From NCBI GenBank assembly GCA_028826165.1, contig JAPDFW010000006.1, forward strand, positions 35,936 through 99,935: DNA of 64,000 nt, in the 5' to 3' direction. Source of the stretch: Anaeramoeba ignava BMAN. Lineage: Eukaryota; Protista; Anaeramoebae. The notes under the pieces are model-generated. The model saw nothing but the letters and a program-made list of their open reading frames with translations. It did not search any database and was not told the DNA's origin. Shown here one piece after another: positions 1-13,041 of this stretch. Positions within the stretch are counted from its first letter, which is position 1; each line of letters starts with the position of its first letter. Position numbers and translations under genes: made by a program.

Positions 1-973
1 TAATTTAATAAATAAATTAATAAATAAATTAATAAATAAATTAATAAATAATTTAATAAATAAATTAATAAATAAATTAATAAATAAATTTTTAATAAAT
101 AAATAATAAAAATTTAATAAATAAATTAATAAATAAATTAATAAATAAATTAATAAATAAATTAATAAATAAAATAAATAAATTAATAAATAAATTAATA
201 AATAAATAAATTAATAAATAAATTAATAAATAAATAAATTAATAAATAAATTAATAAATAAATTAATAAATAAATTAATAAATAATTTAATAAATAAATT
301 AATAAATAAATTAATAAATAAATTAATAAATAAAAATTTAAATAAAAATAAATTAAATAAATTAATAAATAAATTAATAAATAAATTAATAAATAATTTA
401 ATAAATAAATTAATAAATAAATTAATAAAAATAAATAAATTAATAAATAAATTAATAAATAAATTTAAATAAATTAATAAATAAATTAATAAATAAATTC
501 AATAAATAAAATTTAATAAATAAATTTCAATAAATAAATTAATAAATAAATTTAAATAAATAAATAAATTAATAAATAATTTAATAAATAATTAATAAAT
601 TAATAAATAAATTAATAAATAAATTAATAAATAATAAATAAATTAATAAATAAATTAATAAATAAATTAATAAATAAAAATAAATAAATTAATAAATAAA
701 TTAATAAATAAATTAATAAATAAATTAATAAATAAATTAATAAATAAATAATTTAATAAATAATTAATAAATAAATTAATAAATTAATAAATAAATTAAT
801 AAATAAATTAATAAATAAATTAATAAATAAAAATAAATAAATTAATAAAAAATTAATAAATAAATTAATAAATTAATAAATAAATTAATAAATAAATTAA
901 TAAATAAAAATAAATAAATAAATAAATTAATAAATAAATAAATAAATTAATAAATAAAATAAAAATAAATTAA

Positions 974-1008
<35 letters not shown>

Positions 1009-2000
1009 ATAAATAAATTAATAAATAAATTAATTAATAAATTAATAAATTAATAAATAAAAATTTAATAAATAAATTAATAAATAAATTAATAAATAAA
1101 TTAATAAATAAATTAATAAATAAATTAATTAATAAATAAATTAATAAATAAATTAATAAATAAATAAATTAATAAATAAATTAATAAATAAATTAATAAA
1201 TAAATTAATAAATAAATTAATAAATAAATTAATAAATAAATTAATAAATAAATTAATAAATAAATTAATAAATAAATAAATTAATAAATAAATTAATAAA
1301 TAAATAAATTAATAAAAATAAATAAAAAATAAATAAATAAATAAATAAATAATAAATTAATAAATAAATTAATAAAATAAATAAATAAATAAATTAATAA
1401 ATAAAATAAATAAATAAATTTAATAAAATAAAATTAATAAATAAATAAATAAATAAATTAAAAAAAAAAATTAATAAATAATAAATAAAAATAAATAAAT
1501 TAATAAATAAATAAAATAAATAAATTAATAAATAAATTAATAAATAAATTAATAAATAAATTAATAAATAAATAAATAAATAAATTAATAAATAATTTAA
1601 TAAATAAAAAAATAATAAATAAATTTAATAAATAAATTAATAAATAAATTAATAAATAAATTAATAAATAAATAAAAATAAATAATAAATAAATTAATAA
1701 ATAAATTAATAAATAAATTAATAAATAAATTAATAAATAATTTAATAAATAAATTAATAAATAAATTAATAAATAATTTAATAAATAAATAAATAAATTA
1801 ATAAATAAATTTAATAAATAAATTAATAAATAAATTAATAAATAAATTAATAAATAAATTAATAAATAATTTAATAAATAAATTAATAAATAAATTAATA
1901 AATAAATTAATAAATAATTTAATAAATAAATTAATAAATAAATTTAATAAATAAATTAATAAATAAATTAATAAATAAATAAATATTTAATAAATAATTT
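1..2000. repeat. Intronic tandem array of ~12-nt units (TAAATAAATTAA)n in the last VPS29 intron
   Basis: Almost pure A/T repeat ending at acceptor ttggaaatAG (2009-2010), directly before an in-frame exon. Confidence 0.9.
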
Positions 2001-2010
2001 TTGGAAATAG

Positions 2011-2376
2011 GAACTTGGATTTGAATTAGAAAATTCATTACAAATTGAATCATTTAAAATTGGATTAATTCATGGGCATCAAGTAGTTCCTTGGGATGAT
2101 TCAAAAACATTATCAATTTTCCAAAAAAAAATGGGAACTGATATTCTTATTTATGGAAATACACACGAAAGCAAAGTTTTTAAATTAGAAGAAAAACTTT
2201 ATATTAATCCAGGTTCTTTAACAGGAGCTTATCATCCAACTCAATTAGATACAATCCCTTCTTTTGTTGTTTTGGATATCCAAAAAGATTCTTTAACTTC
2301 TTATATTTACAAACTTAAAGATGGTGAAGTTAATGTTGAGAAATTTACTCACAAAAAAGAACCTTTAAATAATTAA
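2011..2376 (+). CDS. VPS29: Retromer subunit VPS29, final exon (5' part upstream of window)
   Basis: Exon reads ELGFELENSLQIESFKIGLIHGHQVVPWDD...DILIYGNTH...YINPGSLTGAY...PSFVVLDI; IGLxHGHQVVPW and INPGSxTGAY are VPS29 hallmarks. Confidence 0.93.
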   Translation, partial: ELGFELENSLQIESFKIGLIHGHQVVPWDDSKTLSIFQKKMGTDILIYGNTHESKVFKLEEKLYINPGSLTGAYHPTQLDTIPSFVVLDIQKDSLTSYIYKLKDGEVNVEKFTHKKEPLNN

Positions 2377-2600
2377 TTTCTTCTTTTTTTTTTTGCTTTT
2401 TTTTAATTCGATTTGATTTCTTTGCTTTTTTTTTTTTACAAATTCAAAAAATTTTTAAAAAATTTTAATTAATTAATTAATTAATAAATAAAAAAGAAAG
2501 ATTTGATGAAATAAAATTTTTTTCCATTTTTCTTTTTTTTTTTCTTTTTATCTTTTTTCTTTTTTTCTTTTCTTTTTGGCTTTTTAGGGATTTTTCTAAA

Positions 2601-5600
2601 ATGATAAAGTGTTGTGGAGTTCCATTGTATGATAAACGAAAAAAAAGGTGTAGAAGATTAAAATCACCAGTAAAATAAAAATCAAATTAAAAATTCAAAT
2701 TAAAAAATTCAAATTAAAAAATTAAAATTAAAAAAATCAAATTAAAAAATCAAATTAAAAAAATTTTTTTTTCTTCATCAAAAATCGATCAATTAAAAAA
2801 AAAAAAAACAAAATTAATTAATTAAAAAAAATAACACGTTGAAAAAATAGTATTTACTTGATTTAGTTAGTGATAGAGTAAAGAGTAGATTATTAACAAT
2901 TACTATTTTCCTTTCTGTGTTTACTTTTGCTGGTTATACTTTATTTTGGGAAGTTATGCATAGACCAACTAATTTAGCAACAGCTCCTTATAAACCAACA
3001 AAAGTATTTTCTAATTTCAATAAATTCAACATTTCAATAATTCAAAAATTTTTTCTTTTTTTTCCTTTTTTGATCATAGATTACAGTTTTAAAAAGTCCT
3101 TCTTCTCAAGCAACAGTAGGAGTTCCTTTTACCACTCAACCAAGTGTAAATTAAAATTAAAATCAAAATCAAAATCAAAATCAAAATTAAATTCAAAATC
3201 AAAATTAAAATCAAAATCAAAAATTAAAATCTAAATCAAATTCAAAATCAAAATCAAAATCAAAATCAAAATCAAAATCAAAATCAAAATCAAAATTAAA
3301 ATTAAAATTAAAATCAAAATTAAAATCAAAATTAAAATCAAAATTAAAATCAAATTCAAAATTAAAATCAAAATCAAAATCAAAATCAAAATTAAAATTC
3401 AAAATCAAAATTAAAATCAAAATCAAAATCAAAATCAAAATCAAAATCAAAATCAAAATTCAAATTCAAAATTAAAATTAAAATTAAAATAAAAATCAAA
3501 TTCAAAATCAAAATTAAAATTTAAAAAAATAGGTTCAAGTTTATGGCCAAGATGGAACAATGGGAGTTCAAGGAGTAGAAGTTATTGCGAAAGCATATTA
3601 TTATGATCCAAGTCTTACAAAAAGATTTGAAGGAGCTTCTTTAGATGATGTATTATCTCCTGATTATATTGAAGCAAATGTATCTTTATCAACAATGAAT
3701 CAACTTAAAATTTATCAACCCATTCTTTCAGGAGATACAGTTGCTTATTCAAATGAAGTATTTTTCAAACTGTTTTTTTTTAAAAAATAAATTGAAAAAA
3801 TAAATTGAAAAAAATAAATAGGAAGGAATTGTTAATTTTGATAACTTATCATTTGTTGCTGGATATCCTGGAATAAATACAATTTATTTTGAATCTGAAG
3901 GTATTTTATCAGCTACAGAAGTTCTTGTTACTCTTAAAGGATCTGGTATTTTATTTTAAATTGAAAAAATCATTCAATTGAATTAAATTAAATTATTTTT
4001 TTTTTTTTTTGATTCAAAAATTTAGTTTCTTCTATTGAATTTAGTTCTAATCCTCCTCAAAATATATCAATGGATGAAACAACTCAAGTTCAATCAATTT
4101 ATGCTACAATCAAAGATACTGTAGGTGAACCTTTATCAGGAAAATTTATGACTTTGTTTGCTTTAAATGATTTGGATATTTTTGGAGATTTTATGAACCA
4201 AAGATTTTGTAATTCAAATTAAAAAAAAAATCTTTTCAATTCAATTCTCAAAATTAAAAAAAAAACAATTTAGATTGGATGTCAACTCATATTTTAGGTC
4301 CATCTGATGAGGATGGAATTATTAATGTAGATTTGAATATAACAGGAACAAATACAAAAACTTTATTTTTTCAAGTTGCTTGTGAAGGAAATTTATTAAA
4401 TTGGGTTTATTCTGAAAATAATATTTATCAACCAACTAAAGTTATCTCAAATGGTTTATACAAAAAAAATTATAAAAATTAAAAAATTCAAAATCAAAAT
4501 TAAAATCAAAATCAAAATCAAAATTAAAATCAAATCAAAATCAAATTCAAAAATTTCCTTCTTTTTTTTCTAGTTGAATCTGTTTTGATTCTTCAACAAC
4601 CTTCTCCAAATATTATTTTCGAAAATGAAACATTTTCAATTCAACCAGTTGTCCAAGTTTTGGATTCAAATGGTAAAGAAAAATCATCCAAATCTAAAAT
4701 AAAATAAATTCATTTTTGATTTTTATTTGATTTTTATTTTAGGAACTGGAATTGCTGGAAAAAGAGTTTTTGCAATGATTTCAACTCAATTAGATTCAAC
4801 TCTTCCATATTTTATTTCTGATTTATCTGATCAAGAAACAAAAAGTTTAATCAATCCAATAAGTTCAGAAACTGATTCTGATGGAAAGTAAAAAAAATTT
4901 TAAAGGAAAAAAAATTAATAACAAGAAAGCAAAAAAAAATTTATTCTTTTCTTTTTTGATTTTATTTGATTTTATTTTAATTTAGAGCAACATTCCAAAA
5001 TCTTGCTTTTTCGATAGATGGAAAAACCAATGAAAATAAATCATTTGCAATTTCATTTGTTTGTGATGGAATTTCTTCAGATCCAACAAATGATATTACT
5101 GTTAAATCAAAAGTAGATCATCTTGAAGTTTTAGGGAATTCATTTAATTTTTCAGACTTATTTAATACAGATGAAGAATGGCCTCCTGGAGCTCAATTTA
5201 TAGGTCAAGTTGGCTTGATGAATCCTTCTTTACAAATTCGTGTTTTAGATTCTGATGGAAATGGTGTTTCTGGAAAAGTTCCTCATTTTAGAACTGTTAA
5301 TATTAATGATACAAATGATTCACTTATTGTTATCCAAACTATTGATACAGTCTCAGAGTAATCCAAAACCAAAAATAAAATTAAAATCAAAAATAAAATC
5401 AAAACCAAAAATAAAATCAAAATCAAAATTAAAATCAAAAATTAAAATTAAAATCAAAACCAAAAATAAAATCAAAATCAAAATTAAAATCAAAATTAAA
5501 ATCAAAAATCAAAATTAAAATTAAAACCAAAATTAAAATTAAAATTAAAATCAATTAAAAATCAAAATCAAAATTAAAATTAAAATCAATATTAAATTAA

Positions 5601-8600
5601 AATCAATATCAATATCAAAATTAAAATCAAAATCAAAATTAAAATTAAAATCAAAATCAAAATTAAAATTAAAATCAAAATCAAAATCAAAATTAATTTC
5701 CTGAATAGTTTGGATGGGATTTTTAGTACACAAGTTCTTGGTCGTTCTGGACCAAATGGAACAACTTATTTCAGAATAGAAGTTACTATTGATGATGTTC
5801 CACACATTCTTAATTTTACTTTTAATTTAACAGTTTTTGCTTGGAATGCAACAACAAGTGATCAAACATCATGCAGAATAGTTGAAATTTTAACAGAAAT
5901 TCCAACATCTATTGAATCAGGAACAGATATAGGACCAATAACAGTTCAAATTTTTGATTTTGCAAGAAGACCTGTGAGTGGAAATGATATGTATATTCTT
6001 TTAACAACTCCTGCCAATGTATTATTAACATATTTTCCTTATTGGTTTGATTCAGCAACTACTGATTCAACTGGAACTGCAGTTATTAGTAGTTTGATTA
6101 TTGAAGGGTATTTAAATTTTCAAAAGAATTATTCTTATTCTTATTCTTATTTTTATTCTTATTTTTATTCTTATTTTTATTCTTATTTTTATTCTTATTC
6201 TTATTCTTATTTTTATTCTTATTCTTATTCTTATTCTTATTTTTATTCTTATTTTTATTCTTATTCTTATTCTTATTTTTATTTTTATTTTTATTCTTAT
6301 TCTTATTTTTATTCTTATTTTTATTCTTATTCTTATTTTTATTTTTATTTTTATTTTTATTCTTATTCTTATTTTTATTCTTATTCTTATTCTTATTCTT
6401 ATTTTTATTCTTATTCTTATTTTTATTCTTATTCTTATTCTTATTCTTATTCTTATTCTTATTCTTATTCTTATTTTTATTCTTATTTTTATTTTTATTC
6501 TTATTCTTATTCTTATTTTTATTCTTATTCTTATTCTTATTCTTATTCTTATTCTTATTCTTATTCTTATTTTTATTTTCATTCTCATTCTTATTTTTAT
6601 ATAATATCACTGGAACATTTGCTATTTCAGCAGCTTATGATAGATATTATGAATGTTATTCAAATGAAATTAAAATTGATATAAGAACTCCTGTTACTCA
6701 AATGGAATTATTACAAGCTCCTCAACAATCTTATGCAACAGAATATTTCAAACATTCAAATTTTGAAGTAAAATTAAAATCAAAATCAAAATCAAAATTA
6801 AAATCAAAATTAAAATTAAAATTAAAATCAAAATCAAAAATTATAAATTTTAGTTAAAAGCTTTAGATAAATATGGAAATCCTGTTTCTGGAAAAACTGC
6901 AGTATTTTACCTTTATTCATATCCTACTTATGTTGCTCAAGAAATTTTAGATGCATTTTTAACATGGGGTTCAGAATCAGTTCAAGTTAATAATGCAATA
7001 ACAAATGGAAGACAATTTTTTGGAATTCAAACAGAATCAACAACAGATTCAAATGGTTTTATTGACAAAAAAAAAGAATAAAAGAAGAAATTTAATCAAA
7101 TATTTATTAGATCCCTTTATGAACCTTTCTTTTTCAGTTGATGGAAAATTTATGAAAAGGAATTGTTACATTTGAAAATTTTTATATTTACAAAAATTCA
7201 AAATCAAAATCAAAATTCTTTTTTTACAGTTGATGGAAAAATTAAAATTTGAAAATTAAAATTAAAATTAAAATTAAAATTGAAATTTTCAAAATCAAAA
7301 TTATTGGTAAGCAAAAATCAAAATCAAAATCAAAATCAAAATCAAAATCAAAATCATTTATTAAAATCAAAATCATTTATTAAAATCATTTATTAAAATC
7401 AAAATCAAAATTCAAAATTAAAATCAAAATTAAAATTAAAATTAAAATTAAAATTAAAATCAAAATTAAAATTAAAATTAAAATTAAAATTAAAATTAAA
7501 ATCAAAATCAAAATTAAAATCAAAATCAAAATTAAAATTAAAATTAAAATTAAAATTATGAAATAGCTGAATATCTTCTTGTTATTCAGAATGCCTCTTC
7601 TTCAACTATAACATTAAACGAACCTTGGGATTATGTTCCTCAACTTGTACTATTAGATAGCAAATACAACGAAATAGATCTTCAAAGAGTAAAATTAAAA
7701 ACATATATTGAAGGATTAAATGAAGATGAGTATATAATAACTTTTGATTGTGGAGATGAACACACAAGTGAATCACCAACAAATGATTGCTATTCATATT
7801 CATACACATCAAGTAGTGTCATGTATTTTTACAATTTCCAAATCATAGAATTTTCATCACCGAATCCTTGTTTCCAGATTTACTTTGTATTTGCGGAGGG
7901 AGAACCTTATGAATTGTATTCAGGATTAAGTGAAGTGTATTGTATCGAAAATTACATCACAAGTGTTACTGCTCTATCTGATGTTTCAGCTTATACAACT
8001 GTGGATACTTACACTCAATCAGCTTCTATTCTTCAAACTGAAACTCTTCTTGGAACTGCCATTCAAGGACTTGAACCTAATGTGGATGTTGTTGATAAAC
8101 CCCCTGGTTTTGCAGATTGCACTTTTCAATGGCAGTATTTCGCAACGGATTCTTTAGGACAATCTTACTTATGGATTGAATTGTTTGATGGATGTGTTAC
8201 AGGAAGATATAGTTTTATAGCTTCACTTGGAGGAGTTAATGCGTAAGAAATGATTAAAATCAAAATTAAAATCAAAATCAAAATCAAAATCAAAATCAAA
8301 ATTAAAATTGAAATCAAAATCAAAATCAAAATTAAAATTAAATAATTGAAATCAAAATAATTGAAATTAAAATAATTCAAATTAAAATTAAAATTAAAAT
8401 TAAAATTAAATAATTGAAATCAAAATAATTGAAATTAAAATCAAAATTAAAATAATTCAAATCAAAATCAAAATTCAAATTAAAAAATTCAAATCAAAAA
8501 ATCAAAATTAAAATAATTGGAATTAAAATTCTGTTTTTTTTTTAGTTCGACTCTTTTCTATATTGATTTAACAGATCAAGCTAAATATATCGAAATTGTT

Positions 8601-11313
8601 CAATACGAAAACAATACTTCAGTTGATGCAATAGTTGGTGAGTTTATTCCACAATCTTTTGAAGTTGTTGTGAAGATTTATACACTAGCAGCATTGAATG
8701 GAAAATCAGTTACAGCATTTATTTCTGGAGTAAATAAAAAATAAAAAAGAAAAAAGAATTTAGATTAAAAAATCCTTTCAAATTAATTGATATTTTTTCT
8801 TTTTTATTTTTGTGATTGGAATTCATTTCAATTAGTATAATAACTCGAGTTCTGAAAATGTTTGTTCTGATGAAGCAACAGTCCCTGATTATACAAATGT
8901 GACTCTTGACGCATATCATGCAACTGAAATTACAACCTCAAATCAATTTTTATTACTATTTCAATATTATGGAACAGAATCAAGCGTAGGAACTGCAGTG
9001 TTTAATCTATTGAAATTCACATCAGGAAAAAGTGGATTTTATTGTGTTAAATTCAAGGTGGAAGATATTGTAACTTCAAGTGGAATTGTAATGAATGTAA
9101 TCAATAATGTAACCGAAGTGGCAATAGTGAAACAACCATCAAATAAAGTAAAATATTTGAAAAAGAAAAGAAAAGAAAAAAAAATTTTTTTCAATAACAT
9201 GAAATGATTGAATTAAAATATTTTTCAAAAATGAAAAAAAAAAAAAAAGGTGAAAACAGGACATCGTTTTGATCAACAACCCTTAATCAAAATTTATGAT
9301 AATGGAATAGGATTAGCAAATCGATCAATAACTGTTGGATTTTATCATGAATGCATTGGAGCTTCAATTACATACAATGACAATCCGATAACAGATCCGA
9401 ACGGAGAATATCAATTTTGGGATCTAACAATATCAGGAACAGGAGGAACATGTCAACTTGTATTTATTTCACAAGGAATAGCATCTGATCCATCAAGCAA
9501 GTTCAACATCATCGGATTGTCAGAACCCTCATTCCAATATATTGGGAAATGGAAGTCAATCATTGCGTTGACTGTTCTTGCTTTTGTTCCCTTGTTCTTC
9601 TTCAACGAAGCAAATACTTCAACTTGGTTTTTGGTTGTTGGATTGTTGGCTTGCGCAATCCCAGAGTTTTTCGGTTATGTAGCATTGGAAAAGCTTTCTT
9701 TCCAACAGAATCAAGATGGCGAGAATTCATACTTGAGATTGATCACTTCAATGTTTATCATTTGCATCAATATTCTTGTTATTTTGTTTGCTTGGAATAT
9801 GGTGGAAGGATTTATGAAAAAAAAGAATTGGCAATTTTATGATAAAAAAAAACTTGCTTCGCAAAAATTTGTCAAATATTTGTTGCAAAAAAATGAGGAC
9901 ATGGTCTTTTCAGCTGAATTACCTGATGTGGATCTTTATGATTCTCCAAATGAAAGCAATTCAGAAATTGAACTTGATAATTTTGGAAACAAAGTGAAAA
10001 AAGAGAAGGAGTATATTACACACAAGAAAACAATCGAAATCAAAAACGAGGTCATGGATTCGTTCTCAGACATGATGTTGAGCTCAAGAAACCGATTCAT
10101 TTCTTGGATAATGCCAAAGCAAAAAACAGCACACTCAAAATTCGAACCTTCATTTTCATTCTTTTATCCACAAAGATTAATTCTTGCTGCATGTTTAACA
10201 ATTCTGCTGCTGATCTACTTCCTTGCAGGCGCGTTTCTTCTTGTCGAGTGGTTTGTGTTCTATCTGAAAAAATGGCGCGAGGACATTTTGGGCTATCAAA
10301 GTAGAATAGATTACATCATCGCGCTAATCAACGAATCCATTCTTGAGACAGTTACTCAATCAAGCTCCTTGAATCCTGCGAAGATCAATTACATCCCAGA
10401 CTCAATAGAAACCATCTTCAAGGCCTCTCAGACACAGGTTGACCGACTGATTAGCATTGTGAAGTTCTCTGGGAGGTTCACTGGCATCATGCTATTTTTG
10501 ATATTTTTATTTGTTTGGTGGTTGATTTTCAGATTATATCGCCGTAGAATCATGTGGCTTAGACAAGGAGTAAGATTTACTAAGAGAAAGCCAAATACAG
10601 GAAAGGCCACATCGTTTCCCGGTCTTACAGCGGCTACATTTATATACGGATTTGTGGCGCTTTGGGTGATCACAACTGCAATCATTATTGTTCTTCTTTT
10701 CTTCCCTTTTTTCAACGTTCTTTGGTTCGTTTTCAGATGGATTTTCTATACTTTTATGATCGGTTTTTTCGTGATGAAAATGTGGGAGTTTTTTCTCTTA
10801 CTCTTTATCAATAGAAACTCAGTTACAAAGCTAAGATGCTTTTCAACCGCAGAATTCATTTGGACTTTCCTCAATTTTGTTTATGGAGTCGCATTTGCTT
10901 CTGCACGCATCTTTAGGGTGCTCTACTTCACGCTATTCCATTTCATCAGAGTTGATCTCGATACTTTGCATAACATCTCCTTCCTTAAAAGAGCTTATAG
11001 ATCATATGTCGGAATGATTTATATGGACCATATTCATAATAACCCAATCCGTTTGTGTTTTGGAAATATGCTTGAAAGAAAAAATTTAAAAAAATCAATT
11101 GCAAAACTTGATCTAGCAAACAAAAGTTCTGATTTTTCTCCCGAATTCCCAAATGATAAACCTAAAAATAACCAAGATTTTGTTGAAGAAAAACAGGATT
11201 TGATTCTTCAACAAAAAGTAAAAAGTCGGTTTTTGTTTTTGATTACAATCTCAAGAAACAAAAATTTGATTAATTCTCGTCAAAGAAATCTTCAAATTTC
11301 TCAAAAAAATTGA
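2601..11313 (+). CDS. Giant multi-exon membrane protein: N-terminal TM anchor, ~10 Ig-like repeats, C-terminal STRA6/RBP-receptor-like multi-pass domain
   Basis: GT-AG exons chain in frame from ATG 2601 (MIKCCG...; 2601-2669, 2851-3003, 3080-3145, 3533-...) to the terminal exon 9250-11313. Repeated QPS..F..QP.V.V.D..G and TD..G.A.F.NL motifs; C-terminal FLNFVYG...RAYRSYVGMIYMDHIHNNPIRLCF...SRFLFLITISRN resembles STRA6. Structure unclear at 6600 and 7056-7566. Confidence 0.75.
6125..6600. repeat. Intronic hexamer microsatellite (TATTCT/TATTTT)n
   Basis: Follows donor GTATTT at ~6108; source of spurious YSYS/KNKN/RIRI ORFs. Confidence 0.9.
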
Positions 11314-11410
11314 ATTTCCAAAATTCATTTCTTTTTGTTGTTTTTTCTTTTCCTTTTTTTTTTTTTGTTCTCTTTTCAATCCAAAAAGAAAATCCAAAAA
11401 AAAAAAAATT

Positions 11411-11443
11411 TTTTTCATTTTTTTTCATTTTTTTTCATTTAAA
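11411..11443 (+). promoter_or_regulatory. Tandem TCATTT initiator (Inr)-like motifs
   Basis: Three copies at 10-nt spacing (11415, 11425, 11435) just before ATG 11444. Confidence 0.5.
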
Positions 11444-12946
11444 ATGGAAACTTATTCAAATTTAGAAAAACTCTCAAATGATTTAAAAAATTTATTCCAA
11501 AACCAAAAACAAAAACAAAGCAAAAACCAAAATCAAAACCAAGAAGAAAGTCATTTTGATTTTGAAATAATTTCTGAACAAGATCAAATTTCATTTAAAA
11601 CTCATAAATCAATTCTTTCTTCAAGAAGTGAATATTTTAAAACTCTTTTCAATTCAAAAATGTCAGAATATCAAGAAAAAATTACTTTAACTGATATTCC
11701 AAGTCCAACTCTATTTGCAATTCTGAATTATTTTTATTCAGGAAAAATTGAAATTAATTTAGAAAATGCGATTGAAATTTTAATTTTTGCTTCAAGATAT
11801 TTAATTGATGAATTAATAGAAACTTCTTCTTACTTTATCAAAAACAATTTGCAAATGCAAACTATTGTTGATGTTCTTAATTTATCTGAGGAAATGAGTT
11901 TAAATCAATTATTGGAATTTTGTTATCAATTTATTTCAGAAAATTTTTACGAATTTATCAAAACTTCATTTTTTCTTGAACTTGAAGAAAATCATCTAAA
12001 TTCAATTCTATCAAATGATAAAATTTTCACAAACGAATTTGAAACTTTCCAATCAATAATCAAATGGGGAAAACATAAATCAAATATCAATAAAGAAAAA
12101 GAGAATCAAAAACTTGATAATCAAGAAAGAGAGCAATTACAAGATAAAATTTCAAGTCTTGTTGATAAAATCAGATTTATTGACTTCTCAAAAAAGGAAA
12201 TTGCCAAAACTTTGAAAGAAGAATTAATTCCAAAACAAATTTCACAAAAATTAATGAACTTTCTCATTCTGAAAAACGAAAAAGATCAAGGAGAATTGAG
12301 TCAATTTATTCAAAAAGAAACTGAAGATCCGAAATCATTGATCTTCAAAGAAAGATATAAATTTGATTCAGAAATTATTCAAGAAAAAGGATATGTGAAC
12401 AAATTAAAAAAATGGATAAATGATAATCGTTTTTTTTTCAAAATGAAAAAAGGATTTTCAGCAAAAAAAGATGGATTTGATTGCAAAAAATGGCATGATA
12501 TTTGTGATAATAAAGGAAAAACATTAGTTATTATCAAAACAAAAGATAATTTTATTTTTGGAGGATTTACTCAAATTGGATTTACAACTGATAAATCAAA
12601 ATGGAGAGAAGATTCTCACTATTTTGAAGATGGATGGATTACTGATCCAAATTCCTTTATTTTTTCATTAAGAAATGACAAGAACGATAGAAAATCAGAA
12701 AAATTTTCAATTAAACAAACCCAAGATAACTTTGCTGTTTATTATAACTACTCAAATAAAGGTCCAACATTTGGAAAGGGAAATGATTTTATTTTAAATT
12801 CTAATCTACAACATGGTTATTCAAATTTTGGTTATACTTACAATCTTCCTAAGGGATTTGATTATGATACAAAAGAATCAAGAGGTTATTTAGCTGGTTC
12901 TTATGATTCTTGGGAAGTTGATGAACTTGAAACTTATTTCATTTAA
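11444..12946 (+). CDS. BTB/POZ-BACK-TLDc domain protein (intronless, 500 aa)
   Basis: DFEII...FKTHKSILSSRSEYFKTLF (BTB); NEFETFQSIIKWG (BACK); GFSAKKDGFDCKKWHDICDNKGKTLVIIKTKDNFIFGGFT...GPTFG...WEVDELETY (TLDc). Confidence 0.92.
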   Translation: METYSNLEKLSNDLKNLFQNQKQKQSKNQNQNQEESHFDFEIISEQDQISFKTHKSILSSRSEYFKTLFNSKMSEYQEKITLTDIPSPTLFAILNYFYSGKIEINLENAIEILIFASRYLIDELIETSSYFIKNNLQMQTIVDVLNLSEEMSLNQLLEFCYQFISENFYEFIKTSFFLELEENHLNSILSNDKIFTNEFETFQSIIKWGKHKSNINKEKENQKLDNQEREQLQDKISSLVDKIRFIDFSKKEIAKTLKEELIPKQISQKLMNFLILKNEKDQGELSQFIQKETEDPKSLIFKERYKFDSEIIQEKGYVNKLKKWINDNRFFFKMKKGFSAKKDGFDCKKWHDICDNKGKTLVIIKTKDNFIFGGFTQIGFTTDKSKWREDSHYFEDGWITDPNSFIFSLRNDKNDRKSEKFSIKQTQDNFAVYYNYSNKGPTFGKGNDFILNSNLQHGYSNFGYTYNLPKGFDYDTKESRGYLAGSYDSWEVDELETYFI

Positions 12947-13041
12947 TTTCAAATTTTTTAAATCAAATTAAAAAATTTTTCAATTTCATTCCAATTTTAT
13001 TTTTTGAAATGAAAAAAAAAAAATCAAATAAAATTTTTGGA

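Noticed and set aside
1-2000. Telomeric repeat at the window start
   Set aside because: No G-rich strand, and it ends at a splice acceptor leading into a VPS29 exon
5710-6684. Tyr/Ser-rich protein domain (YSYSYF)
   Set aside because: Read-through into an intron after the donor at ~6108; coding sequence resumes near 6602 in another frame
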